Shown here: one piece after another, positions 63,901-64,000 of the stretch
Layout of the letters: the number at the start of each line of letters is the position of its first letter
Numbering within the stretch: the first letter of the stretch is position 1
Source: Antedon mediterranea
Taxonomy: Eukaryota > Animalia > Echinodermata
NCBI RefSeq assembly: GCF_964355755.1
Contig: NC_092680.1
Coordinates: 19,601,045 to 19,665,044 of the forward strand
Direction: 5' to 3'
DNA: 64,000 nucleotides
Translations under genes and position numbers: made by a program
Notes under the pieces: model-generated
Databases searched by the model: none
Told to the model about the DNA's origin: nothing
What the model saw: only the letters and a program-made list of their open reading frames with translations

Positions 63901-63909
63901 CTAACAATT
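54901..63909 (-). CDS. Roco-family protein (ROC GTPase + COR) with a Pro/Lys/Glu repeat stalk and C-terminal tandem death effector domains; 5' end outside the window
   Basis: Exons in order: about 63744-63909 VPAEIYFKGKNAIKLYKDELKNG...CMFLGKEGAGKTS (P-loop); 63374-63477 EPSTNGI (G2); about 62764-62834; 62522-62658 SIWDYAGQLDYYITHR (G3); 62136-62225; about 61855-62046 PISLVATHMD (G4); COR exons about 61470-61711 (KVPVKW), 60845-61039, 60530-60682, 60121-60426 (IFLVPCRM) and 59823-59925; 59535-59739; 57064-57186; repeat exon 55545-56798; DED exon 54901-55436. The junctions checked are phase-compatible. Confidence 0.85.
55560..56790 (-). repeat. Coding repeat ESELKPVPAPKPELKPKPESVPK (hexamer-based, about 72-nt unit, plus a 350-380 nt higher-order duplication)
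   Basis: ORF 55471-56817. CTCCGACTCTCGCTTTTGCAATGACCCTGG occurs at both 56161 and 56539. Confidence 0.9.
58295..58603 (-). mobile_element. tRNA-derived SINE family B, near full length
   Basis: The minus strand shows an A box (TGGCCAAGCGG) and a B box (GGTTCGAGGC). The 3' tail is AACTGGGCCCTCTGGGAGACCAGTCTTTGACTGAAGAGGTTACCCAGTATAAATA. Confidence 0.8.
58620..58966 (-). mobile_element. CR1/L2-group LINE ORF2 C-terminal fragment
   Basis: HSNPLFSSFGLLKIQDINHLQQSVFLY...LPSYF...HNHKTRS, then in a shifted frame SIKFTGPKLWDSVP. A probable 3' UTR continues to a (TTGA)n tail near 58040. Confidence 0.75.
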
Positions 63910-64000
63910 CTAATAAACAAATAGGAATTTAAAATACATTAATAAATCTGTCTTATTTTTTAATTGTTTGACAAAATTGAATGTAGCAATGAAAACTATT

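Overview
Eukaryotic, AT-rich, intron-rich animal DNA. It is probably from a marine invertebrate; an echinoderm-like origin is inference only. Five spliced protein genes were assembled by hand from GT-AG junctions: (1) a 141-aa Aveugle/SAMD10/12-like SAM protein (+, 1495-3302); (2) a 595-aa divergent pseudokinase (+, 7965-10338), preceded by a 1.5-1.8 kb tandem duplication of a CpG/CRE-rich region; (3) NUP153 (-, 36317-20161) with five RanBP2 zinc fingers and freshly expanded FG repeats; (4) CSE1L/exportin-2 (+, 37960-52272), head-to-head with NUP153; and (5) a 5'-truncated Roco-family gene (-, from the window edge to 54901) with the architecture ROC GTPase - COR - long Pro/Lys/Glu repeat stalk - tandem death effector domains. 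Between the pseudokinase and NUP153 is an array of about 360-bp exon/intron-like units with no ORF found in the frames read, split by a 2.7 kb Academ-like long-TIR element with a clean TSD. Introns carry many MITEs (about 19 copies of one Harbinger-like family, plus Kolobok-like, MULE/Merlin-like and TA-TSD elements), tRNA-derived SINEs, RTE and CR1/L2 LINE fragments and minisatellites. Exon boundaries were read manually and may be off by a few bases.
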